A stretch of 64,000 nucleotides of DNA from Camelus ferus (GCF_009834535.1 NC_045697.1:18540001-18604000); one strand, 5' to 3'. Positions 24,755 to 38,499 are shown, counted from the stretch's first letter. Made by a program: numbers and translations. Notes: a model not told the origin generated them from the letters alone.

Positions 24755-26159
24755 AGAAAAGAGGGAGAACAGATATTAAGAGACAAATATCTGCCTTTGC
24801 CACAATTGTCCTCCTTTCTCTTTAATGCACTCATGCATGTTAGGGCAGTCTGTCTTCTCGCCCCTCTGTCCCCATCCCACAGCCTGGAAAGAAGCCCAGG
24901 GAAAAAGGACGGACTGGGACAGGTGGCTTCATTGTCAAATTAGTAAAGTAGGTTTTGTAATATAACCCTAAGTGGGAAGGTAGATAAGTGCCCTTTAAGA
25001 ATAGTAAATTAAAGTTATATTACCAGGAGTGATGTGACTATCTTGTCTAAACTTGAGGGTTTTCAGCAAGAGACTAGTCTCAGCAGTGAAAAATATATAA
25101 GGTTTTTATTTAAAAGCTTAGAAGAAAGTCAAGGGTCATTAGGATTGAGAAACACTCTCAACCTTTCTATCTTGGGACTCCAGGTTCAAGTCTCTCCACC
25201 ACCACCAGAAATGATGGCCCAGACTATGCCTTTGACTTGCAAGCAGGTTTCAGAAGCTGGACAACAAGACACAAAAGAGGATATGGGACTTAGTGAATAA
25301 TACTGAGAAGCACAGAATGTCCTAGAAAATGCGGTTGGGTAAGCAAGCCACGACTTAGTCTGGGAAGGAAGAGGTAAGGAGAGGAGAAAATAAAGAAAGA
25401 GCTAGAAAAGGAAGCAATAGGACAAGACAGAGCATCTGTAGGGAGGCAGGATCTGGAGCCCCACGTGTGGCAGCCTGAGGTCTGGGCAGTGAGCGCTCCC
25501 CACCCACTTTGGTGGGAAGGGGATAGAGTCTGGGGGCACAGTGGTTAACTTTTCTACACCCCCGGCTCAGGGAAGCTTCCATGTATCCCTGCAATCTCTG
25601 AATAAAAGGATGTTTAAACTTCCCCTGGAAGACAGGTTTTCATGTGGTTGTTTTGAAGAGGACAGCCAAAGTGGTATCTGGAAGGAGGAAGATAAACCCT
25701 CCTCCTTCGTTACCAGCAAGCACCCTCTCAGTGGATTAAAGGGCGACCGAGGCGTTCACTCATGACAACAACGCAACTAGAGGGGCAAAATGACAGAGCT
25801 CCACCTGCCCCACCCCGTGCAAGGACAGACATAGCTGTTTTCCTCCATATGTCTCACATACTACATATGTGCATAGGTAGATCACTGCCTGTGTGCCCCA
25901 ATCCCACGTCTAGATGTTTAAGTCCATAAAGAATTAGTGTTTTGTGTATCCACCTTTGTAATTCCACAGGAGCAAATACCATCCTTTCCATATGTGTTGG
26001 TTCCTTGAATGAAAGAAATTATCTAAAGTGTAGTTTCTTTAAAAAAAAAAAAATCTAGTCAGCACCTGTTGAGAGCCAGGCACCAGGCATCAGAGATACA
26101 AAGATGAAAATTCATAGTCCCTGTCATAAATACTTCTAGCCTAGGAAGGAGATGGACAC

Positions 26160-26617
26160 TGAAGTGGACATCTGTTGTTTTTTGGCTTCCAGCCCCCAAC
26201 CCCAACTTCCTCTTAGCCAATCACTCCCTATCTTGGGAAATCCCCACTTCTGTTTGTTTGGGATGGGCAGTACCCTCTCGACCACAGAAGCCGAAGCTGC
26301 TAGATGCCCCCTCTCCCTCCTCCTTTTCCATTCCTGGTGCAGCCACAGGGTGGGCACATGATTAGGCCCAGCCAAACAGATGCTCTCCCAGGACATGGAA
26401 TGTTGACAGTGTTATAAGAAACTTGGGTCTGGCTGGAGGTTATAATCAACATGATGTTGGTGGCAGGTACTCTGGTTCTTGCCCATTTTCCAACCCTGGC
26501 CTTAGAGTCTTTCTTTGATTTTGAGAACCCCTAATACCATTTCAGTAAGTCACTTTCTTTCTCTTAAGATTTCCAGAATTGGTTTCGTGGCCAAGAGCTA
26601 AATCTTTTGCTGATGTA
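26160..26617 (+). mobile_element. ERVL LTR16-like solo LTR
   Basis: gtggacatctgttgtttttt...gggtgggcacatga...cagccaaacaga motifs. Confidence 0.7.
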
Positions 26618-27104
26618 GAAATGCTAATCTTTTGATTACAAAGATGAGACACCTACTCAACCCATCTCAAAAAAAGTAAAGGGTTTATTGTAGGAACACA
26701 GCTGGGAAATGGAGATGCCTAAATGTAAGGTCAGACACCATTACAGGAGAGTCTTTATGAAGCTTGGGCGTAAACATATTTCTGGGTTTAATTAATCATC
26801 AATCACCCTTAAGAAACTTATATTCCAGTGAAATAAATATATGATAGTGAACTGATAAGCAAAATATTGCAATTTATGATAAAAATTATGGAAGAATGAA
26901 GAAGACGTACTTACTAGAGGCTCAAAACGCTTGGACCCTCAGCCCAAGAACTGCTATTGACATGACTACTAGCCTTGGTATGTCTTTCAGCCCCACCACC
27001 AGGTGAATTATAGACTCCCTATAATATATCTTTTCTCTACCTTATAGTTTCTGCTTCTTCAGAGTTTCTGATGCCTCATAATTTAAGCTTTTACATTATA
27101 GCTT

Positions 27105-27678
27105 CTCCAGCGTCAGGTTGGGTTCCCTGGGGAGCAGACCCTGAGAAGGAGATTAGCAGACCAGAGGTTTATAAGGGAGTGCTCCTGGCATTCCCACTCA
27201 CGGAAGGGAAAAGAAGTGGGTGGAACTGGGTGAAGAGACAAGTTGAGCTGCTCTGCAGTCTAGACTCGCATGATCAATTTGTCTTGGTTCGCTGGAGACT
27301 TTCCAGGTTTTAGCCCTGAAAAGTCCATGTCCCCAGAACTCTCTCTATCCCAAGTGAACCTGCACAGTTGGTCACCTTAATACTGAGGAAGGTCTCAGCC
27401 AACTACACAGGTCACTCTGAAGCTGAGATGGTACTTCAAAATTTTCCCAAAAGGTGAACCCTGCTCTGTGTCAACCAGCCATTGGACATGGGCTTCCCTG
27501 GAAAGGGTGCATGATCTTGGGTGGGGAGACAGAGGTTAGAGGGAACTCTTCAAGAGAGACAATCCCCAAAGAGAGCTGACAACTGAGGGCTGTCTGCTAG
27601 CAGCACTCCCAGCAGCAAGGGGAATGAATCCTTCATTTCCTAATGGGATCTGAGCAGCACACCCCAGCGTCCACTGCA
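27105..27678 (-). mobile_element. ERVL LTR40-like solo LTR
   Basis: ttgggttccctggggagcagaccctgaga; agcactcccagcagc...gggatctg...gtccactgca. Confidence 0.7.
27265..27379 (+). mobile_element. MER81-like hAT element nested in the LTR40-like LTR
   Basis: gactttccaggttttagccctgaaaagtcc...cagttggtcacctta. Confidence 0.7.
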
Positions 27679-28809
27679 TCAGGGCTCTGTATGTCGTGAC
27701 CTCTCAGCTTCAGTTTCTACTACTCATTGCTGGAGTCTTCCCTGATTCAAGTCCCTGGCAGAATCTGATCTGGCCTGGCCCACATCACAGGTCACTAACC
27801 ATCTGGAGATTGGTTCCCCTTGTCCACTCAGCTACAGTTGGAAGCAGGATCATAAGATATAAAGAAACATGCCTTTCTAGACTCACGCCTTTGACAGGGG
27901 TCCGTGGACTACTGGGCTGGAGGAAATCCTGTTGGTGGGCGTCCCAGTGGCGTGACCACACACCAACAGTTGTAATGTGCTGTAGTGCACGGAGCATGTA
28001 AGTATATAAGATGGAGTATTTGTTTCCAGTGGACAGAGGATATATATAAGTACAGTTTTTGTGCTGCCCAAACACCTAGGTCTGCCTAGTAGAGCCCAGA
28101 AAGGTTCCCCACAGTTGAATTAGGACTTGAAGAAGGGATGAGCTAGGAGCAGGGTTTTGCCCAGCAGGAGGTAGAGGAAGACTTTCCAAGCAGAGAGAAC
28201 CATATGTACACAGACACAGAGGTGTGAGAGAAATGTGAGTGGCCCCGAAGGGGCTGCCTTTCAGTCACCCCTGTACTCACTGCCTCTTAACCAGGTGCCT
28301 GGGAGGCATTCTTGGCAGCTGCTCAGAGGGAGACATGCCACTCGTTGAATCATCGGGGGCACTCCCTGTTCCCGCCTTTCATAAGCTGCTGCCAGTGGGT
28401 TCTCTGGGCCAAGTCATGCCCCACCCTGATCCTGTTTGATTTGTGTGCTCTGCCAGGAACCCCGCGTGGGGTGGCCTGGCCTGGGGCCCCTGCTGCCCTT
28501 CAGACAATAGCAGCAGCCAGGTCAGTGCAAATACTGGTTTGTCCTCACTCCTTGAGGCTCCCACTGCTGACAGCCAGGCCTTGGGAAGGGGAGGGCAACA
28601 GGTGGGTTTAGTTGCCAATATGACTCTGGAAGGCAGCTCTGCTCTTCCTGTTTCAGCACTAAGAATGGAAGGATTCCCAGGAGAGGTGCAAATGTTCCAT
28701 CTACTGTTTTCAGAAGCACCAAAGTCTGCTGACTTCTAAAGCATCACACAAGCACAACAATGAAGAAGACATCTATAGTAATGAAAAAGTCACCACCATC
28801 AGCAAGTCT

Positions 28810-29280
28810 GCAAGATAATAATAGTAACTAACATTTACTGAGCACTTATTATGTACGAAGAATAGTTTATAGGAATTAATCCAAGTAGTCCTTTATAAAA
28901 GCCAAGATATATGTTATTATTGTCCATATTTCTCACACGAGAAACTAAAAGCACAAAAGAGGTTGGGTAGCTCTGCCTAAATTTCACAACCTGTAAGTGG
29001 ATTTGAGCCCAAGAACCCCCTCCATCTCTATCACTGATTTAGCCGGTGTTCTGATGTTTTAACTGGCGTCTTATGAGGTGATGTCTGAAAATGTTCTACA
29101 ATTTATTCACACAGATTTCTTTCATGTACATTGTCTCAATTCATCTTCATATTAGTCCAATAAGGGAGTCATCCCATTTTACAGATGAAGAAATGGAGGC
29201 TCAGGGAAAATAAAGTGAATGAATAAGCAAGGAGAGGCTACGCTGGGACCTCAAATAAATGTCTGGCTTCCCAGACTACA
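28810..29280 (-). mobile_element. two MIR fragments
   Basis: aacatttactgagcacttatt; cccattttacagatgaagaaatggaggctcag. Confidence 0.75.
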
Positions 29281-30774
29281 CTGTTGTGAGTCATTTCAAA
29301 GAGGCCCAAGGATATTTACATCCATATGTACGTAATGAGTGTATGTGCCCTAAATGTACTCAGAATGACTACACATTGGTTTTGTGCTTGCATTTAACAT
29401 AGTGGGCATTTCCTAAAGAAAGCAGTAAGTAAAATGAAGTAAAGATTATGTGCAAAGAGGTCTGAGCTGGGAGGCAGGACCCCTGGGTGCTAGTCTGCTC
29501 TGTCATGAATACCAGTGACCTTGACAAAGGAACTTGCTCTTTCAGACTTTTTCTCTTCTGAAAAGCCAGCAGGTTGGGTTTTATGAACTCATGCTTCCTC
29601 CCAATCGTTAGAGACACGCTGATGGCATGGTTTAAGACTGGATTACCTAGCAACACTGAAATCAGCAAAGCCTCAAGGTGGAGCTGATGAGGAACCAGCG
29701 TCTGCGTGGTGGTGGCCCACCACTCACACATAGGTGCTCCCCACCTGGCCTTAACATGGTCTGACTGGGATGGGTGTTTCCACTTGAGCATCATGTGAAT
29801 TTTTTCTTTAACATTGGAGGCAAAGGAATAATTTTAAAGAACCAAAGCAAATCTACAGGTTTAAACGAATCAAAGTAAATCTCATACACCTTCTTGAACA
29901 GGAAGTTAGGCCCCACATATTCCATCTCGATAGATGAAACACAGGGGTTGGGTCCTCGCTGCCCTTCCTTCTTTCCAGGGAGCGGTTAAATCTTCTAACT
30001 ACAAGTCATTGGCAGCAAAACCTCCCTGTTGGCCTGTTTTTGTGTCATCCTTCTTGGCCTACCTACTTGTCCACCTGGATTTGTCAACTTCTGTGGGTAG
30101 GAGCATCTCTGGATTTTCTAGGAGGGGGCTGGCTGGAGGGCTTCCTCAGGATTCTGCTGCCTGGATTCAATCCTGATTTTTCAAGCTTCACATCCTGCTG
30201 CTGTTCCTTTTCCTTTTGTCACCACTTCTGTCTCTGTAGTTTCACGTTCCTGTAGCCCATCACTCTCCCTGCCACAGACAGGTATTTCTTAAACTTGAAT
30301 GATGAACTACTCATTCTATTAGAAGAAAAAAATTCTCGTGGCTTTCCCACCATTACCACTCTGCTGAAATTAAATGATTTTCCTTTTTATATCACCTGGA
30401 CATGTGCAAATATAAAAATAGATTAAAAAAAAAAAAGTTAGGTTTATAGTCCTCACATGATCTGTAAGACCAAAACAATCTTACAAACAAAGTACAAACA
30501 ACACTACAAAATCTCAGCTAACAGCAGGAATTTACTGTGGCAGACAATGCTGTTTTAAATTGCTGAAATTAAACTTCTGTACAGTCTGTGACTGTGGTGT
30601 GGGCTGTCAGAGCATGGACTCATAGAGTGTGGCACGCCATTGCCACCGTGTGCCACGTGGGAACCCAATCCTCCCATCCTTGTCTGCTGTCCACACTACT
30701 GCCAAGCCCTCCTTTGTTCAACACGCCAATGAGCCTTTGCATATCATAAATGCATCGTTTACATATTTCTAAAT

Positions 30775-32215
30775 AAAGGTGAACAATATGAGTATTTGAT
30801 ATGCATATATACACAGTGAAATGATCACTGCAGACAAGTTAATTAACGTATCTTCTCATAGAGTTACTTTTGTGTGTGTGTGATGATAGTATTTGAAATC
30901 TACTCTCAGCAAATTTCCAGTATTTAATACAGTATTATTAGCAATAATCATCAATGCTACATTGGATGTCTAGATTTATTCATCCTACATAGCTCTAATT
31001 CATCCTACATAGCTCTAGTTGTGTCTATAACCAACACTTCCCTGACTTCCTCACCTCCCTGCCCTTGGTAACCACCATTCTCCTCTCTGCTTCTGTGTAT
31101 GACTTTTTTAGATTCCACATATAATTGAGATAATGCAGTTTTTTTTTCTTTCAATGTTTGGCTTGTTTGACTTAGCATAATGTCTTCCAGATTCATCTAT
31201 GTTGTTGCAAATGATAGATCTCCTTTTTTAAGGCTGAGTAATTTTTCATTGTGTATATATATATATCACAGTTTCTTTAGTCGTTCATCCATCAATGGAC
31301 AACTTAGGTTATTTCCATGTCTGGCCATTGTGAGTAATGCAGCAATGACTATGGGACCACAGACATCTCTTTAAGGTACTGATTTTACTTCCTTTAGGTA
31401 CATACACAGAAGAGGAATTGTTGGATCACATGATAGCTCTATTTTTAGTTTTTTGAGAAACTTTCATACCATTTTCCGTAACGGCAATACTAATTTATAT
31501 TCCCATCAACAGTGTACAAGGGCTCCCTTTTCTCCACAACCTCACCAATATTTGTTACCTTTTACTTTTTTGATAATAGCAATCCTGACAGGTGTGAGGT
31601 GATACCTCACTGTAGTTTTAATTTGCATTTCTCTGATGATTAGCGATATCGAGCATTTTTTCATATAACTGCTGGCCATTTGTATGTCTTCTTTGGAAAA
31701 ATATATTTTCAAGTCCTTTGCCCACTTTTTTAATCAATTTGCTTTCCTGTTTTTTGTTTGTTTTCTTGTTTTTGTTTTGCTTTTTGCTATGAGGTGTATG
31801 AGTTTATATATTAACCCTTTATCAGATATACAATTTACAAATATTTTCTCCCAGTCCATAGGTGTCCTATTCATTGTCTTGATTGTTTCCTTTGCTGGGC
31901 AGAAGCTTTTTAGTTTGATGAAGTCCCACATATTTAATTTTGCTTTTGTTGTCTAAGTTTTAGGTGTCATATCCAAAAAAATCATTGTGAAGGCCAATGT
32001 CAAGGAGACTTTCCCCCCAAGTTTTTTCTACAAGTTTTACAGTTTCAGGTCTAGTCTTTAAGCCATTTTGAGTTGAGTTTTTGTGCATAGTATAAGCATC
32101 TGATTTCATTCTTTTGCATGTGGATATCCAGTTGCCCCAGCATCATTTATTAAATGATAGTCCACCCTAGACTATCCTTTCCCCATTATGTATTCTTGGT
32201 GTTCTTGTCAAAAAT
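30775..32215 (-). mobile_element. L1 (L1MA-like) ORF2 C-terminus plus 3'UTR, 5'-truncated
   Basis: ORF fragments [16 protein letters not shown]...[18 protein letters not shown] and MNLEDIMLS match the L1 ORF2 C-terminus. Confidence 0.95.
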
Positions 32216-32459
32216 TCTACATCATTTGCATATTAAAGTCCTCTCTGTTCTTTTCCCCTTAGCCTACAATAATGTGGGTTCAATGCCATTGTGATAAAGA
32301 CACAAATTCAGGCAGTGGACACTGTGGCACTGCTAGGTTTCAAGGTTATAAAATGGTTGAACTGCTTTTCAAACTAAATCACAACCTAACAGTGGGTCAT
32401 GAAATTAATGTATTGTGCGCAAAAAGCATGTTCCAAAAAATGATATAGAGAAAACCATA

Positions 32460-33690
32460 ATGGGATTATCATCTCACACCTGTCAGAATGGCTATTATCA
32501 AAAAGACAACAGAGAACAAATGTGGGCGAGGATGTGGAGAAGAGGGAACCCTCATGCGATATTGGTTGGAATGTAAACTGGTACAACTACTGTGGAAAAC
32601 AGTTTGAAGTTTTCTCAAAAAGTTAAAAATAAAACTGCCATACGATCCAGCAATTTCACTTCTGGGTATTTATCTAAAGAAAACGAAAACACTGATTCAA
32701 AAAGACATATGAACCCAATGTTCACTGCAGCATTATTTATGATAGCTAAAATATGCAAGCAACCTAAATGTCCATCAATAGATGAATGGATAAAGAATAT
32801 GTATTTTATATGAATATTACTCAGCCATGAAAAAGAATGAAATCTTGCCTTTTGCATGACAACATGGATGAACCTAGAGAGAATTATGCTGATAATGCAT
32901 GAGACAGAGAAAGAGAAATACTTGTGTTATTTCACTTATATGTGGAATCTCAAAACAAAACAAATAAACAAACATAATCAAACAGACACAGAGTCCTAGA
33001 TGCAGAGGACAAACAAGTGGTTGCCAGAGGAGTGAGGGGTGGAGGGAAGAGAGAAATAGGTGAGGGAAATTAAGAGGTACACACTTCCAGTAACAAAATA
33101 AATGAGTCACAGGCATTAAACGCACAGCGTGGGGGATATAGTGAATAATTATGTAATATCTCTGTATGGTGACAGATGACAACTGGACTAATCATGGTGA
33201 TTATTTTGAAATGTATAGAAATACTGAATCACTATGTTGTGTAACAGGAACTAACATGGTGTTGCACATCAATTATGCTTCAAAAACAAACAAACTCAGA
33301 GAAAAAGAGATCAGATTTGTGGTTACCAGAGGTAGGAGGTGAGGGAAGCAGTCAAAAGATACAAACTTCCAGTTATAAAATAAATAAGGGCTAAGGATGT
33401 AATATACAACCTGATAAATATAATTAACACTGCTCTACGTTATATGTGAAAGAGAATAAATCCTCTCATGTGTGAGTCTTCATCACAAGGAAAAACTTTT
33501 TTTTCCTGTTTCTTTAATTTTGTATCTATATGAGCTGATGAATGTTTGCTAAATATATTGTAGAAATCATTACATGATGTATGTAAATCAGCCGTCATGT
33601 GGTGCACCTTAAATGTATACAGTGCTGTATGTCAATTATATATCAACAAGACTGGAAGAAAAATAAATAGATGAATAAAATAAAATTAGA
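32460..33690 (+). mobile_element. L1 ORF2 C-terminus plus 3'UTR and A-rich tail
   Basis: ORF fragment PMFTAALFMIAKICKQPKCPSIDEWIK; catctcacacctgtcagaatggctattatcaaaaagaca. Confidence 0.95.
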
Positions 33691-33792
33691 TTAGATTAGA
33701 TTTAAAACAGTGAAAATTTTTTTAAATGAGAGAGGAAAAAAACATCAGCGTGTACCACATGGTGTCAGAATAAGTATCATACACAGAAAATT

Positions 33793-33796
<4 letters not shown>

Positions 33797-33838
<42 letters not shown>
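33797..33838. repeat. (CA)n microsatellite
   Basis: About 21 CA units. Confidence 0.95.
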
Positions 33839-33841
<3 letters not shown>

Positions 33842-33898
33842 GGGACAAATGCAAAGAGACGCCAGCATCACCTCCAGAGCAGGGCCCTGCAGGCCCAC

Positions 33899-34230
33899 TG
33901 CAGTTGGCTGAATAACGGCTCCTGACAATATCAGGTCCTAATCCTTGGTATCTGTAAATGTTACTTTATAAGGAAAAAGGGGTTTTGTAGAAGTGATTAA
34001 GTTAAGGGCCTTGAGATGGATAGATTATCCTGGATTATCTGTGTGGGCCACACTCGCAAAATCATAAGTGTTCTGAAAAGAGAAAGGTGGAGGGAGGTTT
34101 GACAGAGATAGAAGCGCAGCCCTGTTCACACCTTGGTTTGGATCCAGGGAAACTGATCTCAGTGTCTGGCACTAAGTGTCGGCTGTTTTAAACCGCGCGG
34201 TCCGTGGTCATCTGCTACAGCAGTAACTGG
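33899..34230 (+). mobile_element. MLT1C/D-like LTR (internally deleted)
   Basis: gtgattaagttaagggccttgagatgg...gattatcctggattatc motif. Confidence 0.8.
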
Positions 34231-35649
34231 GGCCTGCGGCAGTGCCCCTCCCCTCGCCTCTGCTGGCGGTTGCCTCCTGGGCTGGGCGAGGGCGACCCCA
34301 AAGGCGGCACCAAGTCTATCAGGGCGGTGGGGACAGGGACACTTAGGGGGCTCAGAGCTACCTGCCAGCTGGCTTGGAATATCTCCATATTTTACAACTG
34401 GTGCAGCAGCACTGGTCTGGGTGGGCTGCCCGTCAGCTCTCCTTAGGCGTGCGTGAATATCAGTGTCTGGGAACCAGGTCGTCATGTAAAATGCATTCCT
34501 TCTGTGGGTGGATGCCCAAAAACAAGGTGCAAGGCCACTAATCCAGACGACCCAGGATATGCTTAGACTGACTAACTCTTCTTTTCAGGTCGCCATCAAC
34601 ATGAAAACACGAAACTTAAATATCCTCACAGAGAATCTGTGGACTCCCAAGAATCATCCGCAGGCGCTCCAGGACCCTGGACCCCAGTATGAGAAACTCA
34701 GTAAAATCAGCTTCCCTCCAGCATCAGGCCAGTATTTATCCTTTTAACACCTTTTGCACCTTAAGCCTAGTTTGTGTGGGCTCGTCCACCCCCAGGCTGT
34801 GCCTACCTGTTCTTCCTTCTTAACCTGCTTTTGGCACCTGCTCCTCAACGTGGCCCTGTCGCGTGGGCCACCTGCCCAGCAGGGCAGGTCTTTGGCCTCG
34901 GTGGACCTGCCCTTAGCTGTGCGGGCTGGAGCCACCCTGACCTTCTGCCCTCACCTGCCCTCCACCTGGCTCGGCCTCGGGGCCTCACAGTCCTTCCGGT
35001 CCCGTGAGCCCCTGGTTCTTTGCTGTCAGAGGACTCACTCATCTCAGCCCCATGGTCTCAGAAGCAAAGATTTGAGTAAAATGCTGCTTTAAAAGCAAAA
35101 CAAAACAGAAACATTGCCTCAGGTAAAACAAGCTTCTTTCTCTGAGGCCTGTTTTCTGCTTCTCCTTGGCTCTCAAACTGCCACATCCCATGTCTGGCTC
35201 TGATGCAAGAAGGGGTGGGGTCCCTCCCTGACAAGCAGGAACTGCGCTCGCGCCCCAAACGCCCCTATCTCAGCCGAAAGGCCTTTCTCTGCACTTCTGA
35301 GTTCTTTTTGTCTTGATCCATCATAGGTGGGTTTTACTACTATTATTATTCATAGTTCTGCCTTCCTTTGTAGAAGAAAAGCTTTGAGCAACAAGTACAT
35401 GGAGTTCCAATCCCTGTGGCACCTGAAACGCCCACCTCTTTCCCATTCTGGGTCACCACAGACTCCAGCTCCACCTTAGGGACACCAGAGGTCCAACCCT
35501 GAAACCTCCCTCTGCGGGACCCGAGTGTCCTTTTCTCTCGCCAAACCATTTCCTTACGTGTCCACCAACCAACCCCATTGAATCATGAATGTAACCAGGG
35601 CAGCACTGACCTTCACATACTGTTTTCATGTCCATCTGGCCATCTGACC

Positions 35650-35815
35650 CTCACCGCACTCTTGGATATTGGTTATGTTTGCATCACTCATTTTATAGAT
35701 GGAGACATTGGGGCTCAGAATTCCAGAGACCCATTACTCTGTGCGGGTCATCTAGTAAGTGGCAGAGCTGGCTCTGGGCCCACATCTTTTGACTCTAGAT
35801 CCTGTCCACTGTCCA
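35650..35815 (-). mobile_element. MIR SINE
   Basis: ctcattttatagatggagacattggggctcaga...gtaagtggcagagctgg. Confidence 0.75.
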
Positions 35816-36210
35816 CTCCACCCCTTTGCCTTATCCTCTGTGTATAGTAAAGTTAAAATGAAGGAGAGAGAAGAGAGGACTTCTCCATCCTCGCCCTCCA
35901 GCAGGGGCCGCCAGCCTGGAGTCACACAGAATCTTCTCGACCCTGAAGCTGAAAGACCTTATACGTGGGCCTTACTCTCATGGGCAAGGCATGGTGTGAG
36001 GCGCCCAGGAAGGTCCGCCTTCAGCCTAGAACTTGACAAGGTGGCTGAAACCAGAACTCCACTATTAGAGTCCATTCCTTTTGTGTCTCAGCGTCACGGG
36101 GCAGCAGAACTTTGGGATCAGACACCTCAGGATTCCAAACTCATTTCCACTCCTTAGCTGGGTGGCCCTGGGCGAGGCTAGCCTTTCTGCAGTTCTCACC
36201 TACGTGGTGG

Positions 36211-36369
36211 ACAGGCGTTGTTACATAATTTGCACAAGCCCAGTGAAAGTGAAACTATGGGGCCTCCTCATTCAGAAGTTAAGAATTTCAGAGATGGTGA
36301 CAGCAGAGCATTAAGCCAAAGGTGGGGCCCTTCTAAGCATGGGAGGTTCCATCCATGAAGTCAGTCCTG
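36211..36369 (-). mobile_element. MER91A-like hAT element (within a MIR)
   Basis: tacataatttgc...ttaagaatttcagagatggtgacagcagagcattaagccaa...catgaagtcagtcctg. Confidence 0.75.
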
Positions 36370-37461
36370 AGAATAGGGGGTTGTTCCATGGAAAGGGTGT
36401 TAGGAGAATTTGATGCTTAATGGAATGTTCGATTCCTTTCCTGTCAGTCTCCAGTTCTCCAGCCAGAAGACCCATTTGGGGCGTTCCTGCACAGGCAGGT
36501 TCCCAGAACTTTCCTAGTCCATTCCGATTCCTGGGTGGGGCCCAGAAATTTGTGTTTTAACAAGGATCTCAAGAGAGTCTGATGGAAATGACAACCTCCC
36601 TTTAAGAATTTAGGCAGTGAGCTTTTTTAACTAGCAGTTAGTTTCCTGAATGTGATGGTTTTATAAACCCCAGTACGCAGCTGACCCAGTGGCCCTGGTC
36701 CCCTGGGTGTGCCCTGGAGGAAACAGCCACAGGTCTGTGAACTTAAACAGCCAGCCACCAGGAGGGTTCATGTCCGGCATCCCTGGTCTGTGTTGGCATG
36801 AAGCATCCTCAGCTGAACAGAACTCCCCCTGAGGAACAGCCACCCAAGCAGGGGACGGCCTGTGTCTGCCTTGTTCCTCACCGCGCTTCCACCCTGAGAT
36901 CCTCAAGCAGTCCTGCTGCTTCTGGAATTCTATCCCCCCGGGGCTCTGTGGGTCCTGGAAGCACCTGCTCTCCCCTCAGTGCCCTCCGTGTGCCTCACAG
37001 GTAGACCAGGTTTATGTCTAAGTCCCCTTCAATTTCCAAAGGAAAACGGGGCTTCTTTCCTGACATGGGATAGAAAAGCATCTTGGAGTTTAGAAATCCT
37101 GATTGCCTCCTTGTGGTGAGCAATTTGCATCCCTCACTTCATTTAAGCCTCACCACAACCCTCTGAGGAAGGATCTGCAACCCCATTTTACAGATGAGGA
37201 AGCTGAGGAGGACTTGCGGCCTTCCCTCATAGGAAGTGGTGGACTTTAAATACAACCACTCTGCAAGACAGACAACGCAAATGTTAGCAATCCTTATTTT
37301 ATGGCTGAGGAAACTGAGGCCCCAGTGGGTTAGGCGATTCCCCAAGCATGAATGCTATAAGCAGGAGAGCTGAGATTTGAATCCTAGCAGCCTGACCTCA
37401 GGCCCCAGGGTCTTCCCAGCTCACTCACTCTGTGCTTCTCCAGATTGTCTTCCCTTCATCC

Positions 37462-37820
37462 TTGTCTCAGTCTGTTCAGGCCATTATAGCAGGACACCAT
37501 AGACTGGGTAGCTTATCAACAACAGAAAGTTATTTCTCACCATTCTGGAGGCTAAACATCCAAGATCAAGGTGCCAGCAGGTATAGTGTCCAGGGAAGGC
37601 CACTTTCTGGCTCACAGATGGACCCTTTTCCCTGTGTCCTCACAGGCAGAAAGGTCAAGGGCACTGTCTAGGGTCTGTTTTCTAAGGGCACTAGTCCCTT
37701 TGGTGAGGGCTCCACCTTCATGCTCTAGTCACTTCTCAAAAGTGTCCCCTCTAAACCATCACACTGGGAATGAGGTTTCAGAGTATGAATCTGGGGAGGG
37801 GGACACTGAGTTTCTAGCAG
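37462..37820 (-). mobile_element. MLT1A/MST-like MaLR solo LTR
   Basis: tgtctcagtctgttcaggc...accatagactgggtagctta...ttctggaggct...caagatcaaggtgccagca. Confidence 0.85.
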
Positions 37821-38499
37821 CCCTCTTTGGCAGAAACCAAAGAGGCTCTCTTCTGGGTACTTAAGGGAGGAGCTGAATTCAGCGGGAAGGAGGGAGCCTC
37901 CGCTTAGTGAGGGCTCGTAGCATCCTGACCTCCGCGGCCCACACACAAAAGTTGCATCAGCCTCTGTTGGAGAAACATCTCTGGCACATCCTCGGACCTG
38001 AAGAGGTCGGCCCCAGGTGTGGTGGTTGTCTCTCTTCCAGGGCCACACCTGGCTGCTCTACTCAGGGAGGAAGGTCAGATGTGGACCTAGCTTCACAATC
38101 CAGGAAGCTGGAAGGATCCCTTCTTTCCCAGGGCACCATACCCAGGCCTCCTGCTCCTCCTCTCTCACCTCTCCCCCGTGCCAACCAACCTCACCCACTG
38201 CCACCCAGGCTGCCCCAAAAGTCCCTCCTTGCGGACTCCCACACCCCCAGCTGCCACTCCTGCTGCCGTGGTGAGGAAATTGGAGGGCAGGTCCCCTGGA
38301 GTGACCCAGAAGCAAGGAGCTGCGGGGGAAATAACAGACCCAATGGCAGTAGATGTTGCAAGAAAACAGCTCGCTGCTGGAGCCCCAGGGAGTGCCTCCA
38401 CCCTGGATTGCCCTGGCAGCACCCTGCGGTGGTCAGGCCTGTCAAAAATTTAGATGACTTAGATGGAAAAGAGAAGTCAGTCATAATGGGCACTTAGAA

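Larger units (their letters stand above)
23951..24804 (-). mobile_element. MLT1J-like LTR hosting MER58A and a SINE
   Basis: cattggccagaacttagtcccatgaccacatcc; ends gcctttgccaca. Confidence 0.8.

Noticed and set aside
33015..33430. Internal duplication in the L1 3'UTR (two gtggtt[g/a]ccagagg...acttccagt units)
   Set aside because: The copy at 62403-62980 shows the same composite downstream layout, so it is probably a subfamily feature rather than a locus-specific event.
30775..33690. Twin-priming inversion of a single L1
   Set aside because: Both parts contain ORF2 C-termini and different 3'UTRs, and no shared TSD was seen.
37907..38497. Longest ORF in the window (196 aa)
   Set aside because: Non-ATG start, Pro/Ser-rich, no recognisable domain, and overlapped by ORFs in other frames as expected in GC-rich DNA.
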